Positions 42,671 to 56,639 of a stretch of DNA of 64,000 nucleotides are shown here, in pieces (within the stretch, counting starts at the first letter, position 1; the number at the start of each line of letters is the position of its first letter). Source of the DNA: Eledone cirrhosa (lineage: Eukaryota); contig CAXHJY010000018.1 of assembly GCA_964016885.1 (NCBI GenBank), positions 1 to 64,000 on the forward strand, given 5' to 3'. A model generated the notes under the pieces. The model saw nothing but the letters and a program-made list of their open reading frames with translations. It searched no databases and had not been told where the DNA came from. A program made the position numbers and the translations under genes.

Positions 42671-44279
42671 TAATAGCTCCCTGAACTTTTTATAGCTTCC
42701 TGAACTTTTTCACAATGTTGATAGTAATATGTGAAATGTTTTTTTTTATGGCAGTGTCCTTTGCATGCTATTGTTCAAAGATTGTTGGTTCAAAGCTTGT
42801 TTTTATAACTCATTCGTCTTCCCAGTTACTTTAAGCTCACAGAAAATTATAGACATACATCACTGTTGATCTTACATGTTGGTCTGGTTTTCTTATAAAA
42901 TGAAATACATCAATAAATATCTTTACACATACATAGGCATATCCAACAATAATTTATTCATGAAGTCTAATACCTTTTCTTTTAATATTTGTACATAAGC
43001 AGTCATTTATATATAAGCAAATGGAAATAAATCTTCAGATATACTGCTATATATTAATGGGTGTAACTAAAAAAAAAAAGAAATAACAAAAAAAATTCGT
43101 TTTTATTATAAATTACATTCCTAAGATGTAACTGGCTTCTTTGTTGACAATCATTTGATGGCTTGCACACTGTACTGAATATTTGTCAATGTTTAACATC
43201 AAGAAATACTTTATTGCCACTAAAAAAGTTCAAAGATAAAGTTGTTTAAACCAGCAGTAACTCTGTCAGTATTAACCCTAATTATATTTCAAAAGTAGTG
43301 TTGCAGAAAGGTTTACTATTTTAGAGACTTTAGAAGTAATACTAAAAGCATGAATAAAATAAAACCGTAACCTAGTGGATATTTTTATTTGTTTACAAAG
43401 TTAAAAAAATGGGAGGGAGTGGGTGGGGGGTGAGCATATATTCTTCCAGGATTGATTTTTAAAAGTTAATAAAGCTAGATAAAGACAACATTTGGAAAAA
43501 AATATTCACATAGAATATAAATTTTGTATGCCAAAGTTAAATTAAAGAAGAAAATTGAGGATGACTGTTTTTAACTGTCTTAAATTATTTGCACATATAT
43601 ACTTAAATATAAGCTGACCTCCCCCCCATATTATGTCTGAGAATTGAGCAAAAACCGAAACTCCATTTACAAACTGTGGCAGCTAAACAACACAGTTTTG
43701 AAATTCTCATGAGTGGTGAAAATATTTACGAAGTTTTAATATCTAAAGTGTTTTCAGTGTCATTTAGAGTATAGTTTTTGTTTCATAAATCTACTATGTA
43801 ATGACATTTTTAGCATTTTATCCATAAAAATAAGACAATCCCCTCCCATATTTTTAAAAACTTTTATTTCTTTATAATAAAAAAATAAAAAAAATAAAAA
43901 CATGAAAAATTCTAAATTCTAAAATTAATATAATATAAAGAAATGGAGATATATTTTTAGTTTAACCCTTTAGCATTTATATTACTCTATGTACACTATT
44001 GTATTTTCATCGTAAATTCTTTACTTTACATAATATCTCACATAATATCAATAATGTAAATAACATCAATGAGATTTTGATATTATTTATTTTGAGAACA
44101 ATACCTTAACATCAGTATGAATGACCAGTTACAGCTGGTTTGAACAGAAAGAGGTGAGAGAATGCTGGCCAGATATGGCAGGTTTAAATGGGTTAAGGTA
44201 TTATTTAAAAAAATTTTTTTAACTGTTATGGAGATTCTTAAAAACAGTAGTGGGAGATGAAAATGAATAGGAAATAGTT

Positions 44280-44665
44280 GAAAGAGATTAACTAAGAAAA
44301 CACTGTATAAGGATTCAGAGTAGAAGGGCGAGGAAGAGACAGCAAGTGAGAGAGAAGAGAGGCAGAACAAGAAAAAGAGAGGATGAGAAGAGAAATAAAA
44401 CAAAATAAGATTGAAAGAAAAAGTATAATTAAGTCAGAGAAAAACAGTTGGTGCACCTATGCATGTGTACGTGAGTATATGCTTATATGTATAAGGGATA
44501 TTTACGTATTAAAAAGTTCAAATAACAAATGTTTGCTGAGAAAGTTCTCAAGGCAATGCATAAATAAGACTTATGATGATATAGTAAATGTAGAAAAACA
44601 GTGTTTCATTGTAAAATATTTACTGCAGATATTTTAGCACCTTATTTACATAGAATTTGAAATTG
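44280..44665. repeat. Interspersed repeat or old duplication homologous to 63400-64000
   Basis: Shared gacagcaagtgagagag, aaaagtataattaagtca, gtattaaaaagttcaaataa, gttctcaaggcaat, atagtaaatgtagaaaa, cagatattt...tagaatttgaa. Confidence 0.75.
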
Positions 44666-44796
44666 GAGAAAATTGTCAAAATATTAACTCTGAATATCAG
44701 CCCCCCCCCCCCATTTTACCATCGATATTTTGGTCACATATTCCTCAGCTTATATTCTAGTATATATGGTATGGTTCTTAAATGAATATTAATAAT

Positions 44797-45015
44797 GGTT
44801 TCTGATTTAGGCACAAGGCCAGCAAATCTGGGGGAGGGAAAAGTAGATTAAATTGAATCCAGTACAATTGCTAGTACTTTATTTTATCGACCTGGTAAGG
44901 ATGAAAGGCTAAGCTAACCTAGGCAGGGTTTGAACTCAGAACGTAAAGGGCGATAACTCTATGTCGCAAAGCATGGTGTCTGGCACTTTACTGATACTGC
45001 CAATCCACTGCCCTC
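44797..45015 (-). mobile_element. tRNA-derived SINE with TSD
   Basis: Similar to 25827-26006; flanking ATGAATAT(T/C)AATAAT. Confidence 0.8.
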
Positions 45016-45635
45016 TAGATGAATATCAATAATGCAAAAATAAATGATAAATCAGAAATTAGGGAATAGGGAAATACAGTAAATATTTAAATATTTTGAT
45101 GTTTTCTTATGTGTATATATGTATTTTTTACTGGTTGAGTTAGTAACTGCTATAGGTAGGGTGAGTCAGACTCAGATTGTAAAGACTAATGAAGAATCAC
45201 ATTACCAGTGGCTTTTTTTTGTAACTGTTGTGTATATACTTGTAAGGGGGATGAGGGAGGGCATAATTTATTCACAACGTGATACTGATACATAAAGACT
45301 CATGCAAAACTAGCAATAGTGCAGGTCCCATTTCAACCTGATATGATTAAAAAATAGATTAAAAATAATCAAGAATTTGTAAGGATTTAGTAATATAACT
45401 TTCTCATTATAAAGCTAGTGTTTCGCACATAACTTAAAGGTTCTTATGTAAAATTATGATGAAATGTTTTTAGATAAATATAAACCCTTTAAGAAATTGT
45501 TTTGTATCATAGAACCAGTAGCAGTTACAAGCAGTTTGGAATGAAAAGGATTAATATATAAATAGGAATGCAAATTCTTTTACTTCAGAAAATTACAATT
45601 GAAGGTTTTTAGATAAAAAATGAACTTTTACTTAC

Positions 45636-45800
45636 TTCAGAAAATAATGTAAATGCTTCTTGTAATGCTTTCTCGAAGTTTGCTATGTTGGATGTTTTCA
45701 TGAATTTTATAGCCCTCTTTAAGCGTAAACGGTTATCCAAGTTAGCAGCTACGAGAGTGCGATTGAAGCAACTATCAACATATCTTGGTTTATCATCAAA
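45636..45800 (-). CDS. CACNA2D: alpha2/delta subunit VWA-domain exon (FDDKPRYVDSCFNRTLVAANLDN...ANFEKALQEAFTLFSE)
   Basis: ttacag acceptor and gtaagt donor, 165 nt, phase 0/0, in frame with neighbouring exons; CF..TLV.AN..N and ANF..AL..AF motifs. Confidence 0.9.
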
Positions 45801-46564
45801 CTGTAAAGACATTGAAAGTAAATATAGATCAATAACAAATGTCAGTATATTATATATTAAATATTCTATGCCCCACACACCATTTTCCTACTATGATAAA
45901 TTCAACAAAAGCACTACCAAGACTAGTGACCTGTTTTTTCACACCCTTGAAAAGGCTTGCTTAACACACAAACTGAAACTGCTTGGTGCTGCAGTTGGGA
46001 TTTTACATATCTCTATATGTATGTATATGTAGTAAAAAAAATCAGCGGATGTGAAAAAAGAAAACAGTGCTGAATCTGGTATGAGAGCTTATATATTGGT
46101 AATATAAACATTTGGGAGCACTTTTGTTGTGTGTATGGATATAATATAATATATAATATAATATTATATATATATATATATATTTATTAAAATAAAAGAT
46201 TAAAGTTTAAGCATATATCCATAAAGCAATTGGAATAGATGTAGTATAACATGCACAAATTGAAGTTATCTGAATACAGTATAAGAATATGATAAGCTAA
46301 TCTTAAAATGTCCATGACACAATATATTAATAAAGAGAGTCCATTACAATCGTAGAAAACAAATCAATGGGAATGTCTTATATTTTAGACACTAATAGCA
46401 AATATATTGCTGTATCTTTTAAATCACATGTGATAAGATGTGAATGAATAAGATAGAAATGTATGAGAGAGAGAGAGAGAGGGGGGGGGGGGGGAGAGAC
46501 ACCAGTATATGCATTCCTAGTAAGTCATCAAAAAGAGAAGATTTTTCCATTGAACTATATACAT

Positions 46565-46642
46565 ATAAGGTGTTCCAAATATGTATACACACTTCAACAC
46601 CATTATAATCAATATGTGTATACATTTTTTGGGGACACCCTG
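46565..46642. mobile_element. Short Tc1/mariner-like MITE
   Basis: Imperfect inverted repeats GGTGTTCCAAATATGTATACACA / TGTGTATACATTTTTTGGGGACACCCTG. Confidence 0.55.
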
Positions 46643-46654
46643 CATATGTGTGTA

Positions 46655-46694
<40 letters not shown>

Positions 46695-46737
46695 CATATG
46701 TATGTATCTACATCTGCATGTATATCTGTCTATCTAT

Positions 46738-49306
46738 CCGGTCTTTGCGAGACCTGGATGGACGGGCGATTCTTGAGCCTAAGCAGATGTGTGAGGCCTT
46801 TCAAAGGCACTTTGCCCGACTGTTCGGGAGGGGCGGGGAGCCGGTTGGGAACGTGGACTTCGGTCCATACCTCGACGGCCTGCTGCGCCTCTCGGACAGG
46901 GAGGCGAAGTCCTGCGAGGAGCCGATTTCGGCCGCTGAGATAGAGGACGTGCTGAGCCAATGCGGCAAACGCAAATCCCCGGGTCTCGATGGTCTTCCTT
47001 ACGAATTATATCTAGCTATGCCGGACTTGTTCCCCGATCTCCTCGAGGCGGTCTACTGCAACTGGCAACAGAATGGGAGAATTCCCTGTACCGTGACCAA
47101 GGGCGTAGTCACGCTAGTGAGGAAGGACGAGAACAAGGGGGACGAAATAAGTAACTTCAGGCCCATAACTCTGCTAAATACAGAGTTACAGATTTTGGCC
47201 AAGGTGCTAGCAAAGAGGTTGGCGCTTGTCGTGGGCAACCTGGTGGGAGATGCGCAGACATGCGCTATCCCGTCCAGGTCCATCCATGACAACCTCCACC
47301 TCATGCGATACATCATAGAGAGGGTTGGGAACGAACCCGGCTTTGGTGGGGCTCTGATCAACTTGGATCAATCTAAGGCGTTCGATAGGGTCGACCATGG
47401 TTACCTGGATGCGGTGCTAGCGGCGGCAGGCTTCGGACCCGTTTTCAGGGGCTGGATCACTACTATGCACAGCAGCCGCATCTGCTCTAGGGACAAGGTG
47501 AACGGCTACCTCTCGGAGCCGTTCAAAATCGCGCGGTCCATCCGACAAGGGTGCCCTCTCTCCTCCCTTCTGTATGTGTTGACTCTCGAGCCACTACTGC
47601 GGAAGTTGGAGTTGTTGCAGGGCATCCCTTTGGAACCGGGATTGCGGAAAGCGGTGTCAGCCTACGCCGATGACGTGACAGTAATGGTGTCGACGGCCTC
47701 CGAAATCGAGGCGGTCGGCACCTTACTGGAGGAGTACGAAAAGTTCACAGGGGCTAAGCTGAACCGGGACAAGTCGATCGGTTTGCAACTCGGCACGTGG
47801 AGGGGCAGACCGATGCCCTCCGATGGCGTCGTCGGACGCTGGACGGAGGGCCCGGTGAAGTTGCTCGGGGTCTAGTTCAGACCGGACCTCCAGGTGGAGA
47901 AAAACTGGGCGGAGGTTACGAACAGGGTGTTTGCACTGACCCAGAAGTGGGCCAGTTGCAAACTATCCCTGAAAGGTCGGGCGGAGGTGGCGAACACTTA
48001 TATAGCGTCCGTCATCTACTACCGCCTGACCGTAGTGCCCTGCCCAAGGGAAACCCTCACCAAGATGGAGCGCGCGCTCTTCCAATTCCTTTGGAAGAGG
48101 CGGGCTCCTATGGTGAGGAGATCCATCTGCTGTCAACACCCTTCGAAAGGAGGGCTGGGGATGCCGTGGCTAATGATGCGTAAGCACGCATTAAGGCTAC
48201 GGCACCTCTACGTATTCCTCACCGGACAACCGGTGTGGGCCTCGTTTGTGAGACGAACCTTTCCCAGACTCGTCTCACTCACCGAGCTGCAATCCTGGGT
48301 CAAGCAAAGACCGAGAAAACTGGGCGCCTGGCACACTGAGTGTGCCCAGGCGCTCACCGCCCTCTGGCAGGCGGATCCGGTTATCAGTGGAGACTCCACC
48401 GCAACATTCTATAGAGGGCTGGTACGCAGCAGGTGCGACGACGCCCTTGGAGAAGCCCTAGACATGGAGGAGGACGAACTGGCCAGCCTGTTCGGTAGGA
48501 CATTCAGCCCGGGACCTATGGACAACTTCCAGAAGTCCCTGGCCTGGCAGTGCTACCGAGGGGCTTTACCCGTTCGAGAAAGGCTCTACAGACACGGGCG
48601 CCCGGGTAGGGACCCCGCCAAAAAGATCTGTCCCAGATGCGTGTGTGACGAGGAAACCGTTGCACACGCATTGGTACACTGCTCGGGCGTAGCCGATCTG
48701 TGGGGCTATGTCGAACAACTGCTGTCAAGGGTGGGACCGATCCGGTTGACCACCGAGTCTATTGTAATGATCAAGCCGCCTCCCCCCTTCAAAGATGAAG
48801 CAGAGGCGGTGTTTCTGTGCGTAATAGCCATGGCGAAAGAGGTTGTATGGTGGACGCGTCTGAAAGGACTGAGGTCAGGCACCTTTCTCTCTGGCCAACA
48901 ACTGGTCCGTTTCTTCCGATATCATTTCGGAAGAAGGATCAGGATGGAGAGAGAGGTGCTGCACCCCAGTCATTTTTATGAAAGGTGGGTGAAAGTGGCG
49001 AGAATGGCCCGTGTGAATGGGCCTTCTCTTTACATAAGCCTGTAGGTGGAAAAGAGGAAGGAACGAGGGAGCACCCCCTCTCTGTGCTCCTGAGGAAAAG
49101 GGTTGCACACTTTTTTCGGGGGTGTGTGCGACCCCCCAAGGCGCCTCCTCTCTATTGAGGATTTTGTTAAAAATTTTATTTTTTGTTATATCTTATTTTA
49201 TTTTTATATTTTGTTATTGCCTCCTCCGTATTGAGGATGCCTTTTTGTGTAAACTCCCCCCTTTGTACTTGTCCCACTTTTGATGCCCTAGTGGCAAATA
49301 AAAGAA
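46738..49306 (+). mobile_element. 5'-truncated L1/Tx1-like LINE: ORF2 RT plus C-terminal Cys/His domain, one in-frame stop
   Basis: KSPGLDGL, NFRPITLLN, LDQSKAFDRV, SIRQGCPLS, AYADD, CPRC...ETVAHALVHC; TAG at 47873-47875, frame continues to 49045; AATAAA at 49297; GC-rich. Confidence 0.93.
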
Positions 49307-49340
49307 ACATATCTATCTATATATATATATATATATATAG

Positions 49341-49753
49341 AAAGTTATATTTAAAATTGTTGGGTTACAACTAGTAAATATTTATAACTGATATAAAAGC
49401 ACTCGACAAATATTTGGAGTATATTTACAATATTAAATAAATGGAAACTATATTTATAAAACCATATCTATTTCATTATATATATTTCGGGGATATCATA
49501 TTAACAATATGCTATGCCTTCCTCAGACAAAATACAATATAAACAGTTTTATAGATAAATAGATTCGACATACCGTAACAACCTCTCCAAATGCAAGTCG
49601 GTGTTGTTACGGTATGTCGAATCTATTTATCTATAAAACTGTTTATATTGTATTTTGTCTGAGGAAGGCATAGCATATTGTTAATATGATATCCCCGAAA
49701 TATATATAATGAAATAGATATGGTTTTATAAATATAGTTTCCATTTATTTAAT

Positions 49754-49759
<6 letters not shown>
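49341..49759. mobile_element. Palindromic hammerhead-bearing PLE-end insertion (arms 49426-49582 and 49603-49759; motifs at 49469-49534 minus and 49651-49716 plus)
   Basis: 157-bp apparently perfect inverted repeat with 20-bp spacer; same family as 33160-33340; flanked by (AT)n. Confidence 0.82.
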
Positions 49760-49795
<36 letters not shown>

Positions 49796-49839
49796 TACAT
49801 GTGTATGTATCTACATCTGTATGTATATATATATATATC

Positions 49840-51250
49840 TCATCATCATCATCATCGATTTTACATCCATTTTTCCACGCTTGCACGGGTTGGATGGATC
49901 CTTCTCAGCATGGCATCTTTCCACTTGTTACATTCCTTTGTCATCTCCGCTGTGAATCTCAGTAATTTGAGGTCAGCTCTCACAAACTCTGCCCAGGTCT
50001 ATCTTGGTCTACCTCTATTGCAGCTTTTTTCTACTGCCATTTCCCAACTCATCCAAGCTCTGCCTTACATTACACATCCAACGGAGCATGGTTGCTTCAT
50101 TTCTCTCCAGTCTATGCATGTCTTCCAGTCACAGCCCATGTTTCACTACTATCCAGTATTGCACTTCGCACTCAGGCATCATAGAATCATCCTTTTGTAT
50201 GTAGGGAGAAAACTTTTGTGGTGAAAAGTGGGGGTAGCTCTGTAAGCTTTTTTCTATCTTATCCTTATTCTAGCTATTATGCTCTCAGAGCATTATTAAT
50301 TACATTGCCTAGATAGCATAAGCTATCAACCATGTCTATGGGTCCTTCTTAGGACTGGAATAGGTTTACATCACTGGTACTCTTCCCCTCAAGTACCCCA
50401 GTGTATCTTCTACAAACAAATTCTTCCATTTCTGTTAATCTACTTGTTTCCTATAACATCTCTTGTGTACTCAAGATTTACATTGTGTACATCGAATCGA
50501 GTTTATGACTATTCCCTTTCTACATATTGAGCAAGGCCACTTCCCTAAAGGAATCCTGATTCCTATCTTTTCTCCTACTCACTAGCACTTTAGTTTTGTC
50601 TAAGTTTACTCTCAGACCTTTTGATTCCAAATTCTGTTTCCATAGTCGGAACTTATTTTCTTGTTTTTCAATGGATTCGGCTATAAGGACAAGATCATCT
50701 GCATAGAGAAGTTCCTCTGTTATAGCCTGGAGTGCTATAATTAATAGTTGTGGGCTAATAACTGAATCCTGATGAACTCCTACTTGTACCTTGAATTCCT
50801 CACTAAAATCACTTTACTAACAGCTTATCTGATTATGGTTTGCACTGCTCTCACCAACCATTCTTCTACACCTAATTTCCTTAAGGATTCCAAGATAATA
50901 GATTGAGGGACTCTGTCAAAGCCTTTTCTAGATCAATGAAAGCTAGGTATAGTGGCTTATTTTTGGCTAGGAATTTCTCTTGAAGTTGTCTCACTAAAAC
51001 GAGGGCATCTGTAATACTTTTCCCAAGCATGAAACCAAACTGCATCCCATATAATTTGACCCTTTCTCTAATTAGTTGCATTATAACTATTTCCATCACT
51101 TTCATAACTTGGTCCATTAATTCTATCCTTCTATATTTGCTCCTTTTTTGGGCAACTCTTTTGCCCTTGTCACAAGCAATTTATGACTGTGCTGCTGTGC
51201 CATTCATTGGGTATGACATCGCTTTTAGCATCTCAGCAACTATCTCTGAT
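49840..51250 (-). mobile_element. Degenerate RTE-clade LINE
   Basis: QFGFMLGKSITDA...RQLQEK...LYLAFIDLEKA; further down VHQ.SV.SP and LLYADDL remnants; (CAT)n tail at 49840-49856. Confidence 0.82.
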
Positions 51251-51279
51251 GTAAAAAGATGATTATTATATATATATAT

Positions 51280-51930
51280 GAATGGAGTAGAAAGATCCAG
51301 GAAGACCTGGGATGAGGTGATAAAAGCTGACCTTGTGCAATTGTACCTCTCAAAGAAAATGATTCAGGATCGAGATCGTTGGCATTATGCAGTAATATAG
51401 AAAACCCACCATACCTACCGCATTGACTCAAACACACCTAGTAGGCAAATTTTACCCACTTAACCACTATATCCCCTTCCATACACCCCCATGCCCCTAG
51501 ACCACCCTCCCACTTCTGTCCACACCACCCTTACACTAAAATTATGTTGGTATCACAAAAAACATCCAGCCAAAACTGTAAAGTGGTCATGTAGGTGTTA
51601 TGACAAAAAGCACCCAGCCCACACTCTAAGGTGGTTGTGTAGGTACCACAACTAAAAGCACCCAGCCCACACTCTAAGGTGGTTGTGTAGGTACCACAAC
51701 TAAAAGCACCCAGCCCACACTCTAAGGTGGTTGTGTAGGTACCACAACTAAAAGCACCCAGCCCACACTGCAAATGTGGTTGGTATTAGGAAGGGCATCC
51801 AGCCATAGAAATCTAGCCAGAAACAGTCTTATATGAGTAAGACATGGTCACCTGACCCAACTTGCCTCAAATGGGACAACCCATCTAACTCATGCTAACA
51901 TGGAAAATGGACGTGGATTGATGATGATCA
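51280..51930 (+). mobile_element. RTE LINE 3' end and 3' UTR with 48-bp tandem repeat (51606-51770)
   Basis: Homologous to 24478-24944; unit AAAAGCACCCAGCCCACACTCTAAGGTGGTTGTGTAGGTACCACAACT x3 plus partial. Confidence 0.8.
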
Positions 51931-53683
51931 TGATAGAGTCTGGGGTGCTGAACCAAGGGGACCACTAATCATGTGAGTACTTGATACAGGATATATATAA
52001 ATATATATATATATATATGAAAAAGAAAAGAAAAATTTCATTATTTATCAGGTCAGTATTGTACATGAAGTAATCGTTTCATGGAAAACAGATGTAAAAT
52101 GATGGTTATAATGATGATGATTATGATGATGATGTGATTAAGAATTAGACTATAATGATTTTAGTTCTCCTTAAATTCTTTTCATATATAGGCATTATTT
52201 ATTACATTATATGCTGTTTGACAAGCTTAAACTTTAATAGATTTTGGTTAGCATTGACCTGCCAATAAATTTGTTTAAATTGCCTTTAAATCATTGAAAA
52301 TCTTTTGACATTACATTCAAAGTTTCAAAATTATACCCCATCAGACTTCAAAGACACAATAATGAGAATTTTCAACCACCCAAAACCTTAGAGACAATGC
52401 TGAAATGAATTGGGTCTTCTCGAAAATAAAACTTGTCAACTGTCTCCATTGAATAATTTGAGAAGGACAATAGTCTTTAGTCTTTGCATTCATATATCAT
52501 TCATATTATTAATTAAATTACCATATATTACACACTTCAGTTTAAATCTCCCTATCAGTAATTTTGATATTACACAACATCATTTGTACACCCATAGAAA
52601 ACCACTAATTAAATAATATTGATTTTATGCTTAGTAGTAGGGTTTTAATATTTCTCACATTATGTTATCTTTTAGACACAAACTGGATCTTTCTGGAGTA
52701 CTCAGATCAAAACTAATTTGTAACAGCTTTATAAACTATTGTACAGAGTAAAGTAACTGAGGATTGAGATTTAGAAGACATATGGTCGGCCTGGATATCC
52801 ATATTGTTTAAAAACCATTCCTTCATACCTAACACTAACATTGTTCAACAGTTCACAGAACATGAGTCCCTATGAAAACCATTCCCTATATCAACAAATA
52901 TAAGGTGGTGTTTCTACTTTATTTCTCTTCTAGAATATGTCATCAGAGGTTCTATATAAAATTATATACTTTATCTATTTTCATTAGAACTCTTCATTAA
53001 AAGTAAAATGGAAAATATTTCTTCTTAAAACATAGTACTCTTACTTTTAATGAACTTAGTCTTACAGATACAAAATGGTTTTTGCATATTTGATTTTACT
53101 GCATTTTAACTTTGCTTTTACATGTACAATTTCCATTCCTCATATAGACATTGATTTAAAAAACAAAAAAAAAACAAAACAAAAAAAACGGGCAGTCACT
53201 CCAAGTAGAGCTGCTAATTCTCCAAATTGAGAGACCACAGTTCCGATACTATGGGCATGTGGTTAGAATGTCTCAGGATAGAATCGTTGGACAGATTTTA
53301 TGGGCGAAACCAACAGGTAGGAGACCCAGGGGTAGACCCCCATGAGCTTGGCTGGTCGTGCTTAGGGATCCAGCTGGCTCAGTTGGAGATGGTTTCCCTC
53401 TCTCAAGAATAAGTGAAAGAAGAAGAAGAGAACAAAAAACCATGATACACATTATAAGATGGAAACTACAATTATCCTTCATCAACTTTTATTTGATAAG
53501 AGATTTATCTACAAAACATTCAGTGTTTTAAAATATATAAATAAATAAAATAAATAAAAAATAACCCTATTTATCACATTAAAAAAATTAATAAAAAACA
53601 CTATTAATATCTTTCTTCCTTCAATTTTATCTATTTTTTTCCAAATTAAGTTTTTTTCAGCTTTAGCTAAAGGCAATAATTAC

Positions 53684-53834
53684 CTGAATGATGTTGAAGT
53701 AGTCATATACTGTGAGTGTATCCAATATTTTATTTACTGTGCTCTGTGCAATTATCATACGGGATCCGGTCATACTTCCACTAGAGTCCAAAAGTATGAT
53801 GACATTTTTTGGTGCTGCAGCTCCTTGGATATAC
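53684..53834 (-). CDS. CACNA2D: alpha2/delta subunit exon with MIDAS motif (YIQGAAAPKNVIILLDSSGSMTGSRMIIAQSTVNKILDTLTVYDYFNIIQ)
   Basis: ctgtag acceptor and gtaatt donor, 151 nt; WYIQGA.PK..ILLD.SGSM and ILDTL..DYFN are diagnostic; missing from the ORF track. Confidence 0.93.
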
Positions 53835-53907
53835 CTACAGAAGAAGATTAATTACCTTAATTGTGATAAATGTTAAGCATTATAATAGCTGGTAAATAGA
53901 ATGAATA

Positions 53908-53943
<36 letters not shown>

Positions 53944-54214
53944 TTCAAAAGTATGAATAAAACAGTAAATCTATCGCATCATCAATATCTTGATATGGAA
54001 CTAAAGAAATCATTATTATATAAAAGAAATAAAGAAATATTTTGATATGGAATATATTTTCTGAAATCTGTATGTATGGAATCATCACCCGTGGTGTGTT
54101 TTTATGGTTGCTGTAGTAATACACAGCATTTCTTGGTCATTTTAAACCTGGCAGAGAAGGTGAGGAAGTGATAGAGATCAAGGGATAAAGAGGAAGAATA
54201 TATCCCAGTATGGG

Positions 54215-54356
54215 ACTGGTACTGGTACTTGTTTTATCAACCTTGAAAGGATGAAAAGCAAAGTTGATCTTAGTGGGATTTGAATTTAGAAAGTAGGAAC
54301 AAATACCACAAAACACTATTTCTGGCATTTTGACGTCACTGCTAATTTGCTGCCCT
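54215..54356 (-). mobile_element. Degenerate tRNA-derived SINE
   Basis: ctggtacttgttttatcaaccttgaaaggatgaaaagcaaagttg...gggatttgaa. Confidence 0.6.
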
Positions 54357-56639
54357 TTAGTAAATCTACTATGGGTCTTAATATAAGAATAGAATACATT
54401 AATAAGTGTAGGTTGCTTTTAGAGGATTCATTTCACTTAATTGCTATTGACAAGTCAAAGAAAGAGAAATATTATAGTTTCCATGGTAATAGTTTCATTG
54501 GATTGGAACAATGCATTTTTTTTTAGACATTTGCAGGAAATCTTGGAACCAGTGTTTTATAATGAAAACAAATTGAACTTTATTCCAATACACATTAATA
54601 AGTAGGATGTAGGGGAATAATCTACAAATAATACTGTAATCTTGATGCTGGAATATAATTTCTAGTCTTCCATATCTAATTTTATTTTCTTCTTCCTTTT
54701 TTTATTTTTGCTATTTTCATTTATTGACATAAATTGGAGATGAGTGTTTTCACAACATTATTTGTTTTTACAAATAAAAATAACAAGAGTATAATGTTGG
54801 TGTATTATGTTGTTAAGAAGAGAAATTGGTTTCAACATTTCAAACAGGAAGATCTTTGTCAAGGAAAACATCCTCATCATCATTTAATGTCTGTTTTCCC
54901 TGCTAGCAAGGGTTGGATGGGTCTTCACAGATTGAGCCAGTTCTCAAGCAGAGCTACTGACAAACCAAATGGACAGAGGGGTTTGCATTTCGCATACAGA
55001 CGATCTACTGAGTGCATTTTATTGTGACACTAGCACTCGGGAAGTGGTTATGTCTTTGACATAACTGAAGGATCCTGCCAATCCTTTTTAGGCAAACTTT
55101 CTATGGCTGGAGGCCATTCACATCACCAACCACTTTACAGTATATATTGGATGTGTTAATCATCTAGATTACTAACACTAGAGGGGTTGTCATGTTTTTG
55201 ACACAAATGAAGTGTCCTCCCAAATATTTGTTTCACAAGCTTTTTATGACAGAAGAAAAAATAAGAATTAATAAAAAATGATTTTATGTATGTTACTAAA
55301 CAAGCATGGTTGGCAAATGGTGGAATGGAAGTTGAGAGAGGCATATGTATCTGTAGATTCTGGCAGAGAAGTGTGTAAGAGGAGATAAGTCACTGTTGGT
55401 TCTGTGTAGTAGACTTAATTGTGAAGCTAAGCAGTGTCAACAATAGGCATGTAAGTAGAAGAGAGGAGGAAGAAAACGAAGGAATGAATGAGTAGTGGGG
55501 CAATGAGACAAACTTGCATGAATGGATGAGTAGCAGAGATGCAAGAAAAAAGGAAGGAAGGAAGGAAGGAAGGAAGGAATAAGTATATAGTAGTGAATGC
55601 AAGTGGAGCAAATGTATGTTCAGACAATGGTATGTTTATATGAGCAGATAGATAGAAAATTCAGATTGTGTAGATGTGAATGAAAAGGGAGAAATCAAAA
55701 GAAAAATAATTGATTGTTCTTTCCAGTCAGAAAGGCCATCCATAACTAGAAGAAGAAAAAATATTCCCAGAGGAATTGTATGCAACAAAACGATGATGTT
55801 AGAGAAAACCAAAGCTGAAAGGATAATGAATGGTATGTTTAAAGTAGTTGAAAGATTTTTCAAAATCTATCACTATTGCATCACACATCTAGCAGATACT
55901 GCCTGAATCAATAATTTATCAAACAAGCAGTCACACTAACCACTACACCAATTCCTTATTTTGCAAGACATTTCTCTCAGTTTATGTATTTCCCAAAGGA
56001 GTTGACTTGTAACAGTTTAAGTGAAACATTAACAGGATCAATCTCCCTGGTTTCAGAAGGCCTGTGAAAACCATGGACACTGTACCTCCCTCCAGATTTA
56101 CCAAATAAAAAAACAACTGCCCAGTGAACCTATATAATAAGGCAGCCATGATAATGGTATGATAATGTTCGTTTAGAATTCTGGAATTCACATTACATTA
56201 AATTCTGATCTTTATTAAAAAGAAAAAAAGAAATATATATATAATATAAATGAATTAGAATAAATTACCATTAGAATATATATAATAGACAAAATTATAT
56301 AATACCTAACTTGTTTTATCTTTTTAACCAGATTTAAGATATTTGGCAACCATGAGTAAGAATTGAGAGGAAGTAGCTATTATGTTGCAAGCTTTCTTTT
56401 TAGATTTGTATCAAGTAATGTAATCATCATCATCATCCTCATTATCATCATCGTTGTTTTAACATCCAATTTCAATGCTGGCATGGGTTGTTACTGGGGT
56501 TAAACTGGCCATGTGACCATGTCTAGCTCATACATTCCATATTTGGCATACTTTCTAGGACTGGATACCTTACATCAACCACCTTACCAGGAGTATTGGG
56601 TACATCAGTGCTACCACTTTACAGAGTGGATAAGAAAGG

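Noticed and set aside
46463-46737. N-terminal part of the 470-aa ORF
   Set aside because: Read-through of microsatellite and MITE sequence upstream of the truncated LINE.
51606-51770. 48-bp repeat array as a CRISPR-like locus
   Set aside because: Units are contiguous with no unique spacers; tandem expansion in an RTE 3' UTR in a eukaryote.
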